Source: Reclinomonas americana ATCC 50394 (lineage: Eukaryota). From it: 37,945 nt of DNA. A program made the translations under genes and the position numbers. Of this stretch, positions 24,768 to 36,500 are shown one piece after another. The number at the start of each line of letters is the position of its first letter. The first letter of the stretch is position 1. The DNA lies in NCBI GenBank assembly GCA_048213135.1, contig PS015084.1:61406-99350 (forward strand), written 5' to 3'. Below the pieces are notes generated by a model. The model did not search any database. It saw only the letters and a program-made list of their open reading frames with translations, and had not been told where the DNA came from.

Positions 24768-26919
24768 CTAAAGCTCCTGGAATTCGAGTTCCTTGGTGGC
24801 ATCGGCACGTGCTCTGCGCGCCGCGATGCCCTCGGTGAACTGGCGGCGGATGCGGTCGGGATTGGATAGGCGCGTTCGCAGTTGGTCCTTGACCAGGCCA
24901 AACTCGCTAAAGTGACGTTGTTCTCGGTTCCTGTTTCGTGTGTTTTCAGTGAGCCGGGCCACGTGCTTCTTCTCTCCGACCACAAACTCACCACTGCATC
25001 AACAAGTCGAACCAGGCCGCCACGTAGAACTCGTTGACCGCCTGGAACACGCTGCCGATGCGATTGATTTCGGCGTTCAGCTTGCGCTCGCGCAGCACCT
25101 CCAGCGCCATGCCTGTGATGTTGATGCCCACACAGGCCATGGGGAACTCGGTGGCCTCCACGCGGCTCACACGCAAAATGTCCAGTGCCAGATCCTGATA
25201 GTGCGACGACAGGTAGTACAGTTGCACGAGCGCAAACAGACCGAGACCCGTGCGCAAGTCGGTGGCCGGATCCGTCCCCTGGAAGCCAATCGTCATCCAG
25301 TGCGACCCGCACACCGGACACGAGCGTGCATCGCCGCTCAGTTTGCGATACAGTGAGAGCGCAATGCGATCGTGCACGACCGCGCCGTGCGACATGGGAA
25401 TCTGGCACGATTGCAGCAGAAAGTCGCGCTCCAACTCCAGGTCGCGCGTCGCCAGCCGCGGCGGCCCAAACATGCCACACATGAGGCGCGAGAAGAAGCC
25501 GCCGGTGGAGACCTCGCGCACAATCTTTCTCTGTGCGCACAATCATGTCAGTGTACCGCCGAGGAGAAGTGCTTGTGCTCGTGCACGCACACCGAACCTC
25601 CTGCTCCGAGTACTCGCGCTCACGAATGTACTGAATGATTTCGGGCATGGAGATGGCCGAGTACACGCTGTCGGGATCTTGCACAACGCCCACTCTTCTC
25701 GTGGCGTCTGCACCAACACGGCGTGAGAGAAGGAGAAAGGGAGAGGGGGGAGAGAGGAAGAGATGGATGCTGTCAACCTTCTTGTCGCCGGAACTCCTCC
25801 AACTGCGTCCACTCGGCCTCGGCCTGCGCCAACTCGGCGGCACTTGGTGCGTCGACAAGGAGGCCCGCCATGCCTCCACCAGCAGGAGGTGGTGCGGCTG
25901 CGGTGGCCGCTGCGGTGGGTGCGAGGGTGGTCCGCGCCGCTGCCGCCGTCTCTCGTGCGGCGTTGTTGGCCACTGCCGCGGAGAGCGGTGTGACGGTTTG
26001 TGGAGTGGCCGAGATCACGGTTAGTGTGGGTGCCGGTGGCAAGTCCGCCAGCGTCATGGCGACGATTGGTCGGGCGCTGCGGTGGGGTGAGTAGTGGAGA
26101 AGGGAAGGGTACACAAATGCACGTGAAGCGCCCAACTTATCGGCTGTCACCACGGGCGCGGGGAACGCTGGCGGCGGTAGCGGGTGGTGGTGGTGATGGT
26201 GGTCTGTGGGTGGCGGTGGTGGTGTCGGTACCTCTTCCGAGTCGTCGGTGGCGGGTCCGTCGGAGGGAATGCGCAAAAGCTGCGGCGCCTCGATTTCCGG
26301 TGGTGGTGGTGGTGGCGGCGTGGGTGGCTTGGCGACGACTTCCGGTTCCTGCGCGCACACACAATGTCAGCACGTGCAGCATCGTAAAGAAGGTGATGTG
26401 GCAATACCTCGAAACGAATGGCACTTCGTTGCCTCCTTTCCGCTCGCTTCCTCTTCACCGCCTCCTGCCGTTGCTGCTTCTCGCGTTCCTCTTTCTCGGG
26501 GTCCCACACCTCGAATTCGTCGTCGTCGTCGTTGGTCTTGCCGCGGGTCTGCGGGTACAGAGAGGAAGGGAGGGGGAGGGTGGGAGGGTGAAGAAAGGCA
26601 GAAGGGAAAGAAAAGACACAGAGAGTTGGACAAGAAAGAGTTATACGACAGGATTCTGTCGACGAGGGAGGAAAGAAAAAACACTGAGAAGAAGAGAATG
26701 AATGGGTGTCGGCATGCTCTCCGACACGATGATAACATGCGAGACGAGACGAAGAAGGATAAAAGAAAAATGAGTCGGGAATACACTGAGGAGAGAGCAA
26801 AGGAAATGGACAAGGAAGTGGTGCAACAGAGAGGGAAGGAGAGATACGAACGGAAGAGGACGCGATTGACAAGTCTCGCGTGCATCTTGGCACGGAACAG
26901 CATGTGGGAGGAGACAAAG

Positions 26920-26954
<35 letters not shown>

Positions 26955-27232
26955 GTGAGTGTGTGTGAGAGAGAGAGGAGAGACTGAGCAAAGACTGACG
27001 CGAAGTAAAGTGAAAGCGATGGACAGACGACACGCTGTCCGACGCGATGGTAACACAAGTGAGAGAAAGCGCGGAAAATGAATGAGAGAGGGGAGGAGAG
27101 TGAGAATNNNNNNNNNNNNNNNNNNNNGAGTCTGAGCGAGGACTGACGAGAATCGAGGAATAGAAGGGTGATTCGCGTGCTTCCTGACACGACTTTGTCG
27201 CCATCTTGTTCAAGAAAGACAGCTATACAGGC

Positions 27233-27281
<49 letters not shown>

Positions 27282-28838
27282 ATGAACGAAAGAAAGCAAG
27301 AAGGAAGAGAGAGAGAGAGAGACTGAGCAAGGACTGAGAATGGAAGAGTACAAGGGGAGTCTCTCGAGCTTCCAGACACGATTATCTCTCTGGCCACCAA
27401 TCCGCACCAGCGCATCGAGATCCACATCGTCCTCAAAATCCGATCCATCCTCCTCCTCGTCCTCTTCGCCGTCGCCACCAGCCGCTGCTTTCGGTTGCGA
27501 TGCGACGGGAGAGGTCTTCTTTGCTGCCGCACTCACGGCTTTGACGATTGGAGGTGGAGGCGGAGGTGGAGTGGGGGATCTGTGAGGGAAAGATGAGAGA
27601 GAAGGAGCGTGTGAGAAGCGAGAGAGCAGGGAATGAGGGAGAGAGAGGGAGAGACGAAGGAAAGCGAGTGAGAAGCGAGAGAGCATGGAGTGAGAGCGCT
27701 GAGGGAGAGAAAGGGAGAGCGTGTGTGAGAGAAAGGAGGGAGTGAGAGAGCTGAGTGAACAGAGAGTGTGTGGATGCGTGAGTGTGTGAGGAATGCCAAG
27801 CAGGGAACGGAGAGGGGAGGTATAAGAGCGAGAGAAAGAGAAAGATCGTGCGTTGTGAGTGAACAGAAAAGCAGAGAGGGTGTGTGCAAGAAGAGTTGAA
27901 AAGCAAGTGAGTGTGTGAGAGAGAGAGGAAGAGAGGGAGGGACAGGCGGAGCGAAAGAGAAAGGGCGTGCTTTGTGAGTGAACAGAAAAGCAGAGAGCTT
28001 GTGAGTTGAAAGAATGCGCGTGCGAGAGAGCGAGAGAAAGAGAGTGTGTGAGTGTGGAAGTGAGGGAGTGTGTGCAGAGCCGAGACGACAACAAGCAGTT
28101 CTCTTCTTCCCTCTCCCCCTCCCTCCTCCCCCTCCCTCCTCCTCCTCCTCCTCCNNNNNNNNNNNNNNNNNNNNNNNNNNNNNNNNNNNNNNNNNNNNNN
28201 NNNNNNNNNNNNNNNNNNNNNNNNNNNNNNNNNNNNNNNNNNNNNNNNNNNNNNNNNNNNNNNNNNNNNNNNNNNNNNNNNNNNNNNNNNNNNNNNNNNN
28301 NNNNNNNNNNNNNNNNNNNNNNNNNNNNNNNNNNNNNNNNNNNNNNNNNNNNNNNNNNNNNNNNNNNNNNNNNNNNNNNNNNNNNNNNNNNNNNNNNNNN
28401 NNNNNNNNNNNNNNNNNNNNNNNNNNNNNNNNNNNNNNNNNNNNNNNNNNNNNNNNNNNNNNNNNNNNNNNNNNNNNNNNNNNNNNNNNNNNNNNNNNNN
28501 NNNNNNNNNNNNNNNNNNNNNNNNNNNNNNNNNNNNNNNNNNNNNNNNNNNNNNNNNNNNNNNNNNNNNNNNNNNNNNNNNNNNNNNNNNNNNNNNNNNN
28601 NNNNNNNNNNNNNNNNNNNNNNNNNNNCCCTCCCTCCCCCCCCCCCTCCCCTCTCTCTCTCCCCTCTCCAACGCAACAACTCATCCTCCTCCTCCTCATC
28701 ATCGCGAATATCCAACTCGAAATCCTCATCCACATCCAAACCATCGACGCTGTCAAGAGAGAAAGACACAAGAAGAAGAAGAAGTCGTGTGAGAATGGAG
28801 AGCAAGAATCCAGCTTATCTTTTCTCGCGCAACTCCAT
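24768..28838 (-). CDS. ELMO-domain protein (ELMOD3-like Arf/Arl GAP), ~570-590 aa
   Basis: Exons 28838-28834, 28749-28678, 27579-27408, 26548-26408, 26348-25778 (possible extra 60-nt intron 26136-26077), 25707-25598, 25530-24992 and 24930-24768. GAP motif HWMTIGFQGTDPATDLRTG with the Arg retained, then FPMACVGINIT. Two introns contain gaps, so hidden exons are possible. Confidence 0.88.
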
Positions 28839-28886
28839 GATTACAACGTTCTTCTTTTCCCGCGCAAATCGCTTTTAATTGTGATT

Positions 28887-29225
28887 ATGGAGTCGCCCTT
28901 GTCTGCAGCTGTAATGGAGCGGCGACGACAGCGACAAGTGGAACAAGAAGAGGAGGAGGAGGAGAGGAGAGGAAAGGCGAGGAGATTGTCACAGGCAGAG
29001 GAGGAGGAGGAGGAGGAGGATGGGGAGGGTGAGAGGCAGCAGGAGATTGAGCAGGTGTTGCGGATCTTGTCGCCGACGAAGCATGGTGAGTGGTAGGGGG
29101 GAGAGAGAGGGAGAGAGGGAGGGAGAGGGCGCAGAGAGTGAGTATGCAAGCAAGAAGGCTTGGGGAACAAGGGCGAAACGATTGGGAGAATGTGGGTGTG
29201 TGCATGTGTGTGTGTGTGTGAGTGA

Positions 29226-29278
<53 letters not shown>

Positions 29279-30553
29279 NNNNNNNNNNNNNNNNNNNNCC
29301 ACCGGATCGCCGTATGGTGGTGGCGGTGGTACCGAGCACGAGTTGGCCATGCGACGCTTGCAGCAGCGTGTGGAGGAGTTGGAGCAAGAGAACGGATTTT
29401 TGCGCGACCAGTACGCCGTGGTGGTGAGACGAACATTCTCTTTCTCACTCTCTCTCTCCCCTCTCCCTCACCCTCTCCCTATTTCGCTCTCCCTCTCCTT
29501 CCCCGTCTCTTTCTCCTTCTCCTCTCCTCCCTCTCCCTCTACCTCTCCCTCACCCTCTCCCTCTACCTCTCCCTCACCCTCTCCCGCTTTCCCTCTCCCT
29601 CTCCCTTTCCCTTCTCCCTTCTCCCTCTTTCCCTCTCCCCCCTGCCCCTGCCCCTCCCTCCCTCCCCACCCCTTATCCTTGCAGTGCGCGGAGCGCGACG
29701 AGTGTCGTGAACAACTCGAGGTGCTGCAGCGCGGCTGCGAGCGGCTGTCGCGGCGCCCACTCCCCAACGAGAGTGAGCTGGTGCAGGAGATGGCCGCTCT
29801 CCGACGCGTGCTCGAGGAGACGCGTGAGCTGCAGCGTGTGCGGCGCGAATCACGTGGGCCACCGTCGCACCCACCCGGTACCACCATTGACAACAGCGAG
29901 GCGCGTGAGCTCCGCCTCCGAGTGCATCGTCTGGTCAAGAGTCTGCGCAAGGAGAAGGCCGTAATCGAGCGGAACATGGATGTTGCGTGGGGAGGATGGG
30001 CGACGAGGGCCTGTCTAGCGTGTGTGTGTGTGTGTGCGTGTGTGTGTGTGTGTGCGGCGGGGGTGGGGGTGGGGGTGGGGGTGGGTGTGTGGGTGTGTGG
30101 GTGTGAGTGCGTGTTTGTGTTTGTGTGCATGTGTATGTGTGTTTGTACATTGCGTGCCATGCTGTGATCTCTCTCTTCTTCCACCTCTCTCTCACACACT
30201 CTCTCTCCTTGTCGCAGATTGTGCTGGCGGAGAACCTGGAAATGCGTGCACAGTTGGCACACATGCGTATCGTTGAGGAGAGCCGATCGCGTGCACGCCG
30301 ACGCGTTGTGCGCGCGCGCAGCCGGTCACCACTGCGATCTACGTCGCCCGCTGGCGCCGGTACTTTGGTGCTGTCTTCCCAGCACCAGCAGCAGCAGCAG
30401 CATCAGCAAGCTCGTCACCCGCGTAGACGGCAGACAAGTCGGACGCCATCGCGTTCTCGATCGGCATCGCGAGGAGCCACAGTGCCGTCGGCGCCGAAAA
30501 CCGCGTGGCGAGCCGAGGCCTGGTACAACCCGCTTCCTTGGGTGGAGTCGTGA
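28887..30553 (+). CDS. Hypothetical coiled-coil protein
   Basis: Exons 28887-29085, ~29299-29423 (acceptor in a gap), 29685-29981 and 30218-30553. E/R/L/Q heptad-like stretches (RRLQQRVEELEQENGFLRDQ) and an RS-rich tail. Confidence 0.75.
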
Positions 30554-30581
30554 GGTGCGTTGATGTTTATTGCCTTTTTTT

Positions 30582-33219
30582 CTACAACCCATGCTCCAAA
30601 TCCCCGGCAAAATGATTCGGTAATTGTGCAGGTGCTGCTGCGAGTGCGTTAACTGGCGGTTGGTCACCGACCGCACCTTCTCTGTCATCGTTGCCGTTGT
30701 TTTGGTTGTTGCGGTCACCGCCGGCACCGTCGTCTTGGCGATGGTGGTCTCCTCCGCCGCCGGCTTCTCCGCGGGAGTTGCGGAAAGTGTTCCTGTCCTT
30801 TAGTGGTATATGCTGAAATAGGGCGTACAGGAAGACGCCAAGCATCTGCAGATTGGTCAGGTAGAATTTGACTACGAGAGGGGTGGCCGTGGAGTTGCCT
30901 GTTTCCGCGAAAGAGTGAGCTCGGGTGATGAATGAAGCTGCTATTCTAGTTGATGCGCGCTCACCAGCCTCGGTAACAAAGTGGAGTTTGGGAGTCAACT
31001 TGTCGGCCATGGTGCGACCGAGGCGGAACCACATGGCTGTGAGACGAACCATTTCCATCAGTGCGCACACGGAGACAGCGATTGGCGATGTCGACATGCA
31101 ACGAACCGCAAAAGAAGATGGACGCAAAGAAGACAGTAAAGACCCACGACAACCATGGGCGTTTGCCTCGTCGCGATTGGCGAATGTTAGTTGTGGAGAT
31201 GGCGGGATCTTCGTCGACTTCGCCAAAGAGTCTGGTCGACTGCTCGGCCACACGACTGCAAACAGTGACAAGGAAATGAGTTTCGCAGCACTTGCACTTC
31301 CAAACGGTGCATCGACTCACTCCAAATTCTTGTACACCATCCACAGCACGAGCGGAAAGAAGATTTGGTTAACGAAGATGTATGCCGATGTGCCGCCACG
31401 GACAGAGTCGATACCGCGCACGCCGGGCACCGGGGAAAACCAGAACATGATGTTGGAAAACGTGGCGCATTCTTGCGCAATCCACGAGATCGTGTAAAAG
31501 CCGTCACTGGCAAATGTCCAACGCATGGAGAACTGCACACGAGGTAAGGAACAATGTGAGCCTCTCGACAAGAGATCCCACTCACCTCCTCGTGGCGTGT
31601 GATGCGGGCGCGAGCGAGTGGCCAGACAAGACCAAGGGCACCAGCAGTGGAAACAAGTGGAATAGTAAGACGCGCCCAGCCCCGAGTCAACACGCCAAAC
31701 ACCTCCTCTGCGTCACAATGGGTGCTCGTGAATGCCAGGTCAAGAGAGAGAATGACTGATGTTGCTCACCATTGTTGACGGCCGCCATGGCACCTGCCAA
31801 CACGAACAGTCCGAAAATCACCAATGCCCACAACCACATGGACTTCTTCCTCAAGTTCGGATCAGCGGCTGCAAGGTCGTTCGATGAGGTGGGTCGAGCA
31901 GCTGCCGACGCAGCATGCGGCATCTCGCGCATTTCAACTGCCACGTGCTGCGGCGCGGCAGGCTCGACGATCAGCCCTCCCACCCCTTGTGGCGGGTGAG
32001 ATTGCTCCTCTGGTGGCGCATCCACGTCCTCCATCTCAACGTCGGCACTCAACATAAGCCTGTTGTGCTCCATTTCCTCCTCATTCGGCTGCGATGGCGA
32101 GCCCTCGAAGGCACGGAGAATGCCGAAGAAGCTCTGCAGGTGAAAGATGCCTCCGAAGAGCACCAGCAGGCGGTACCACTCCTCGCGAGTGCCCTCGATG
32201 TTGTGTAATAGCCCCCAGCTGTGTACCAGAACGAGCGGGCGAGTGAGATGGAAGACGAGGAGGACGAAGGACTCTGCGCATCGCAACTTGATGATATCAT
32301 TGCGGAGAACGAGCACCACTCCCAGCGAGCCATGAAAGCCGATGAGAACCACCAAGGCAGCATAGTAGAAGCGGCCTCGTCTGCAGTGGTCGCATGGTCC
32401 GTGCTCCACCACCATCCTGGTGGGATCGTGAGGATCCGGCTGTGGCCCCGGTCTCGTTGGGCACACTGGCGCCGTCCGTGAACACAGCGGGTACGTGACG
32501 GGGCGTCCGCGAATGTTGTTCAGCACAATGAACCACGACGCGCTGCAGGAGAATACATCGAACACGCTCAGTCCAACGCCCAGCACGAACGCCGCAGCGC
32601 CGCCTGTGCTGGCGCACACGACCATTTGCAGGATCATGGCAGCGATCTCCAGCATGCATGTGGCAACCAAAATGACCTCGTACATCACTGCCTCGTACAT
32701 CACCACCAAAAGGAAGCGTTCATCCAGCGATACCTTGGTACGCTTCTGCAGCCGCGGAGAGAGAAAGAGATAAACAGTGAGAAGATGATTTGTCCGCCAT
32801 TTCGCGCAGTGTGTGCACTCTTGCAGAAGTCTCACCCACAGCGCCAACAAGGCGGCAAACGTGCATATCATGGCCAGCAGGCCGGCGACGTACACAAACG
32901 GCTGCGGGTCGGCAAAGATGGCAGGCAAGAAACTGGTCGTTGAGTCGTCCGCGTTCATCGCTGCTCCATCGCTGGTGCCATATGCCACCACTGAGAAGTG
33001 GCGAAGGTGAGCTGGCAGTGAACCAACGCGCACACACGCAAACACACACATGCTTGCGCACGACCACGCCACACCTCCCATGAGCAACGGAACCGGAACA
33101 CCCAGCAAGAACGGCATCATGCTGCGTAAGCTGAAGCGCCAGCACCGTCCGCAGGTCATTTGCGGTTCATTTTGCACCGCTCGATCGAGCGCAACATGTT
33201 GCGTCGCCGCCGCCGCCAT
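30582..33219 (-). CDS. Orphan multipass membrane protein, multi-exon
   Basis: Consecutive minus-strand ORF segments are joined by short phase-compatible GT-AG introns (e.g. ALW|KRTK, VNN|EEVFG, HEE|FSMRW). About ten hydrophobic segments and a G/D/N-rich tail ending at TAG 30582. No family recognised. Confidence 0.7.
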
Positions 33220-33563
33220 GCGAAAGATTGTTGTCAGAATTTCCTGTCACAACCCGGCAACGGGACAAAAAATGCGTCGACACCCATCGTCGGGTGGCAT
33301 GTTTCACGAACTTAACGGGATGGATGGCGCTGCATGTTCGTGTGTACATTTAGCGGACTGATACAACCGCAGGATTCGTACGACGATTTCTGCAGTCTCG
33401 TGCATGCATTCATGATCCGACGTGGCCCGACACGTGCCCAACGCCAAGCCCGAGTTCCATGAGGCAACCGCGCACACACTCGACACCACGTATCCGCAGT
33501 TCCGCGAGCTCTTCAGCAGCAGCCGACCAGTGGCGCAGCTCGTTCCCAACCGCCGACCAAGCA

Positions 33564-36500
33564 CTACCTCGACGCCGATGCGCCGCGCTCTTCCATCGCC
33601 AGGCACCGCTGGTAGCACGCGTACAGTTCCTCTGCAGCCTCCTCCGTGGACGGCCGCTCATCTCGTCGTTGCTGAAAACAAGTGAAACGTGGAAAACTTG
33701 TCAGATGGCGCGACACAAATGGCAGAAATAGCGACGGAATTGCTCACCCAGCAGCGAGAGATCAGCACGCCGAGACCAGCAGGAAGCCGTCCCAACTCCT
33801 CCACGGTTGCAGCCCTCCGTCCGTCAATGATGCGGTCACGAATCTGAGGGCTGAATGAGCAACGGAGCACCAGCCGAGCGGTGCGGGAACAGCACACAAA
33901 CGTAACCAGCATGTCGGCCTGTGGACCATCTGGAATGTCGGCGAACGGGATAGACCGCGTGCAAGCACACCACAGGATGGTGGCCAGAACGAAGACCTCA
34001 GATCGGCGGTTGTAGACCAGCGACTGAAATGCATAGTAAGAGAACCATACGCACGTCCACACAGAGGCGGAAAAGGTGTCTTCTCACCAGCGGATCTTCG
34101 ACGAGGTCCTCTTCGGGGCACGTTGCACAGTTCTCTGGGCACCAAAATCGCGCAGTGCCAACTCTCTCCATAAACGACTGCTGCGTGAGACTGGCCGACA
34201 CTGTGGACAGCCCAAAGTCGCCGAGCTTGGCCACTGGCAGCCGTGGATCCGTCACATCCAGGAAGACATCTGTTCCGTGGAGTGTCAACAGAGATCTAAC
34301 AACACAGGCAGGTCACATGCGATGTAACTTGCGGTCTTCAAGTCGCGGTGGAGTAGCCGCTTTGAATGCACAAACGCCAAGGCTTGGCACACTTGCCACA
34401 CCACGTGCACACGCTGGTTGGAATGCATAAGAAGCCTTCCTGTCGTGCAGAAGAACCCCCAACGCAAACATACCGTGGAGAGCGGGACGTCGCGGAACTC
34501 ATTGAGCCACTGCTCCAAATTCAGCGGATGATCGCCACCAACTGACTCCAGCACGAGTCCCAGTCCTTCTCTCCCACGATGACTCATGCCATAGCATCGA
34601 ACAATGTGCGGATGCCACTCGTCCACACCACTGTGCATCACTCGCTGTCAGCGCCCCCACACGAGAGTCGCAAACACATCTCCACGCAACTGCAAGTACG
34701 TCATAACCACCGCTTCCTTTCTACATGTCTCCTCGGGTGCATTAACACCCCAGAAACTCTTCAACACTCTCGTGGTCACCGTCCCGTTCGGCGACCGTAC
34801 ATTGACGAGACGCACAGCAGAACGAGCTGGCCAAACCACTACAATCAGCACCAAAGCTACAGTTGGCGCAACATGCATAGCATCACTCAACTGTTAGGGA
34901 AAAGACATGCATCGTCTCTCTCGATCACGTTCTCGCTCGGAATCAAGGGGATGGAGGCCACCAGCGTGGTCCAGTTGCCGTCGAGCAGCTCCACGATCGC
35001 ATTCCGCGGTCGGTATTCTGCAGGCAAACATGAGTCCTTAACTGCGTGAGCATGGCACTGAGACAGGAGTCATTTGCGCACCGACAGGGATGTCGTCGAA
35101 GCATACAAGGTCGTCAGCGTTGCCAAACATCTCCACACATGCGCGCAACGCTCGATTGGCGTCGTTGTAAAAGTCACGGGTGAACGGCAGATCGCCTTTT
35201 GCCAAGTGCGAGATCGAATTTCGCAGGCTGCGCACAGACTTTATCAGCTGTCGCTTCTCCTGCACCCGCAACAAATGACAAGAAAAGTGAGAGATATCAA
35301 TGGATACAATTCAGTCGGCATCGAACATACCACGGATTCTGGCAGCAGGTCGACAACACAGATGGCAAGCACGTCCTTCCGCGACTCTGGGTGAAGGCGC
35401 ACCTCAGCGTTGCCCAGCGACTCATCCGGGACCGACATGAGCACAAAGTAGGCCTTCAGCAGCAGCTTGATGATCAAAGCCAAATCGAGAGCTGGCGTTG
35501 GTTCTCCAGCCTGGAGGGCGGCTGCAAACCGCGTAAAATGCCCGCTGCTGTCGGCGTCGACAAAGAGGTAACGCTTGCCGCGATTATACTTTCTCCATTT
35601 GCAATATCTGCACACGTGAATGACGATCAACGAAAAACAAACCTCACAGCGAGCAACCACTCCAGGTACCAACCGATTGTTCGTGCGTCCATCCACCAGC
35701 TTGGCGAATTCCAAGCCCGCACACTCGGCTCGTGCCATGAGAGATTCAAAGAGGCGCTGTAACACAGGACCAACGACCTCCTGCAATCGGTGTCGGAGCA
35801 CATCTCTGCGTCTCCGATAGCTGCGCCAACAGTTATTACAAGGGGCATATCTACACAGATCATTCCTCACTACTGGCACGCACCACGCTGCCACATCGTC
35901 ACTGCCGTCGTCGACTGTGGTCACACAAACAGGTGCATGAGCAGTGCGTGCACCACTATCAAATCGGGCGACGCTCACCGGTATCCTTGACGGCGTCAAT
36001 CATGCGCACATCGAGATCCATCCTGGTGAGCCTCTCATAGATACGTCGCATGGACGGCCGAGTTTCTACTGTGGCGTCGGCCACGGTGCCGTAGGCGCCA
36101 GCGCAAAGTGGTAACAGGCACTCCGGGATCAGTTTCCGCAGGCAGATCGGCGCATTCGTTACCACCGATGGCAGGAGGCTGCGGAATGCCTTCGCTATCG
36201 CATCCGCGGTCCGATTCTCACAATTCTGTTCTACCAGCCACTGCGGCACCAGCTGCCACATGTTGACATGTGCAAAAATGAAGAGTAGCAACAGACCAAA
36301 CTGGAAGACATCGGTCCGCATGATGTCAGTGATATCGGCAACCTGCAATACACGCTCGGCGTGAGTGACGACGAGAATAGTCTCCTCAGGCCGGCGGCAC
36401 TCTGCCAAATCTGTGCATTCACACTCTCACCTGACCTCGTTCCTCCAGGCGCAACAGTTCCGGATCCAGAAGGATCATGTGCTCCTTGGAGGCGTCATTG

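Noticed and set aside
34830-34910. Stop-codon reassignment at the TGA upstream of the kinase
   Set aside because: A short intron explains it, and TGA and TAG terminate other genes normally.
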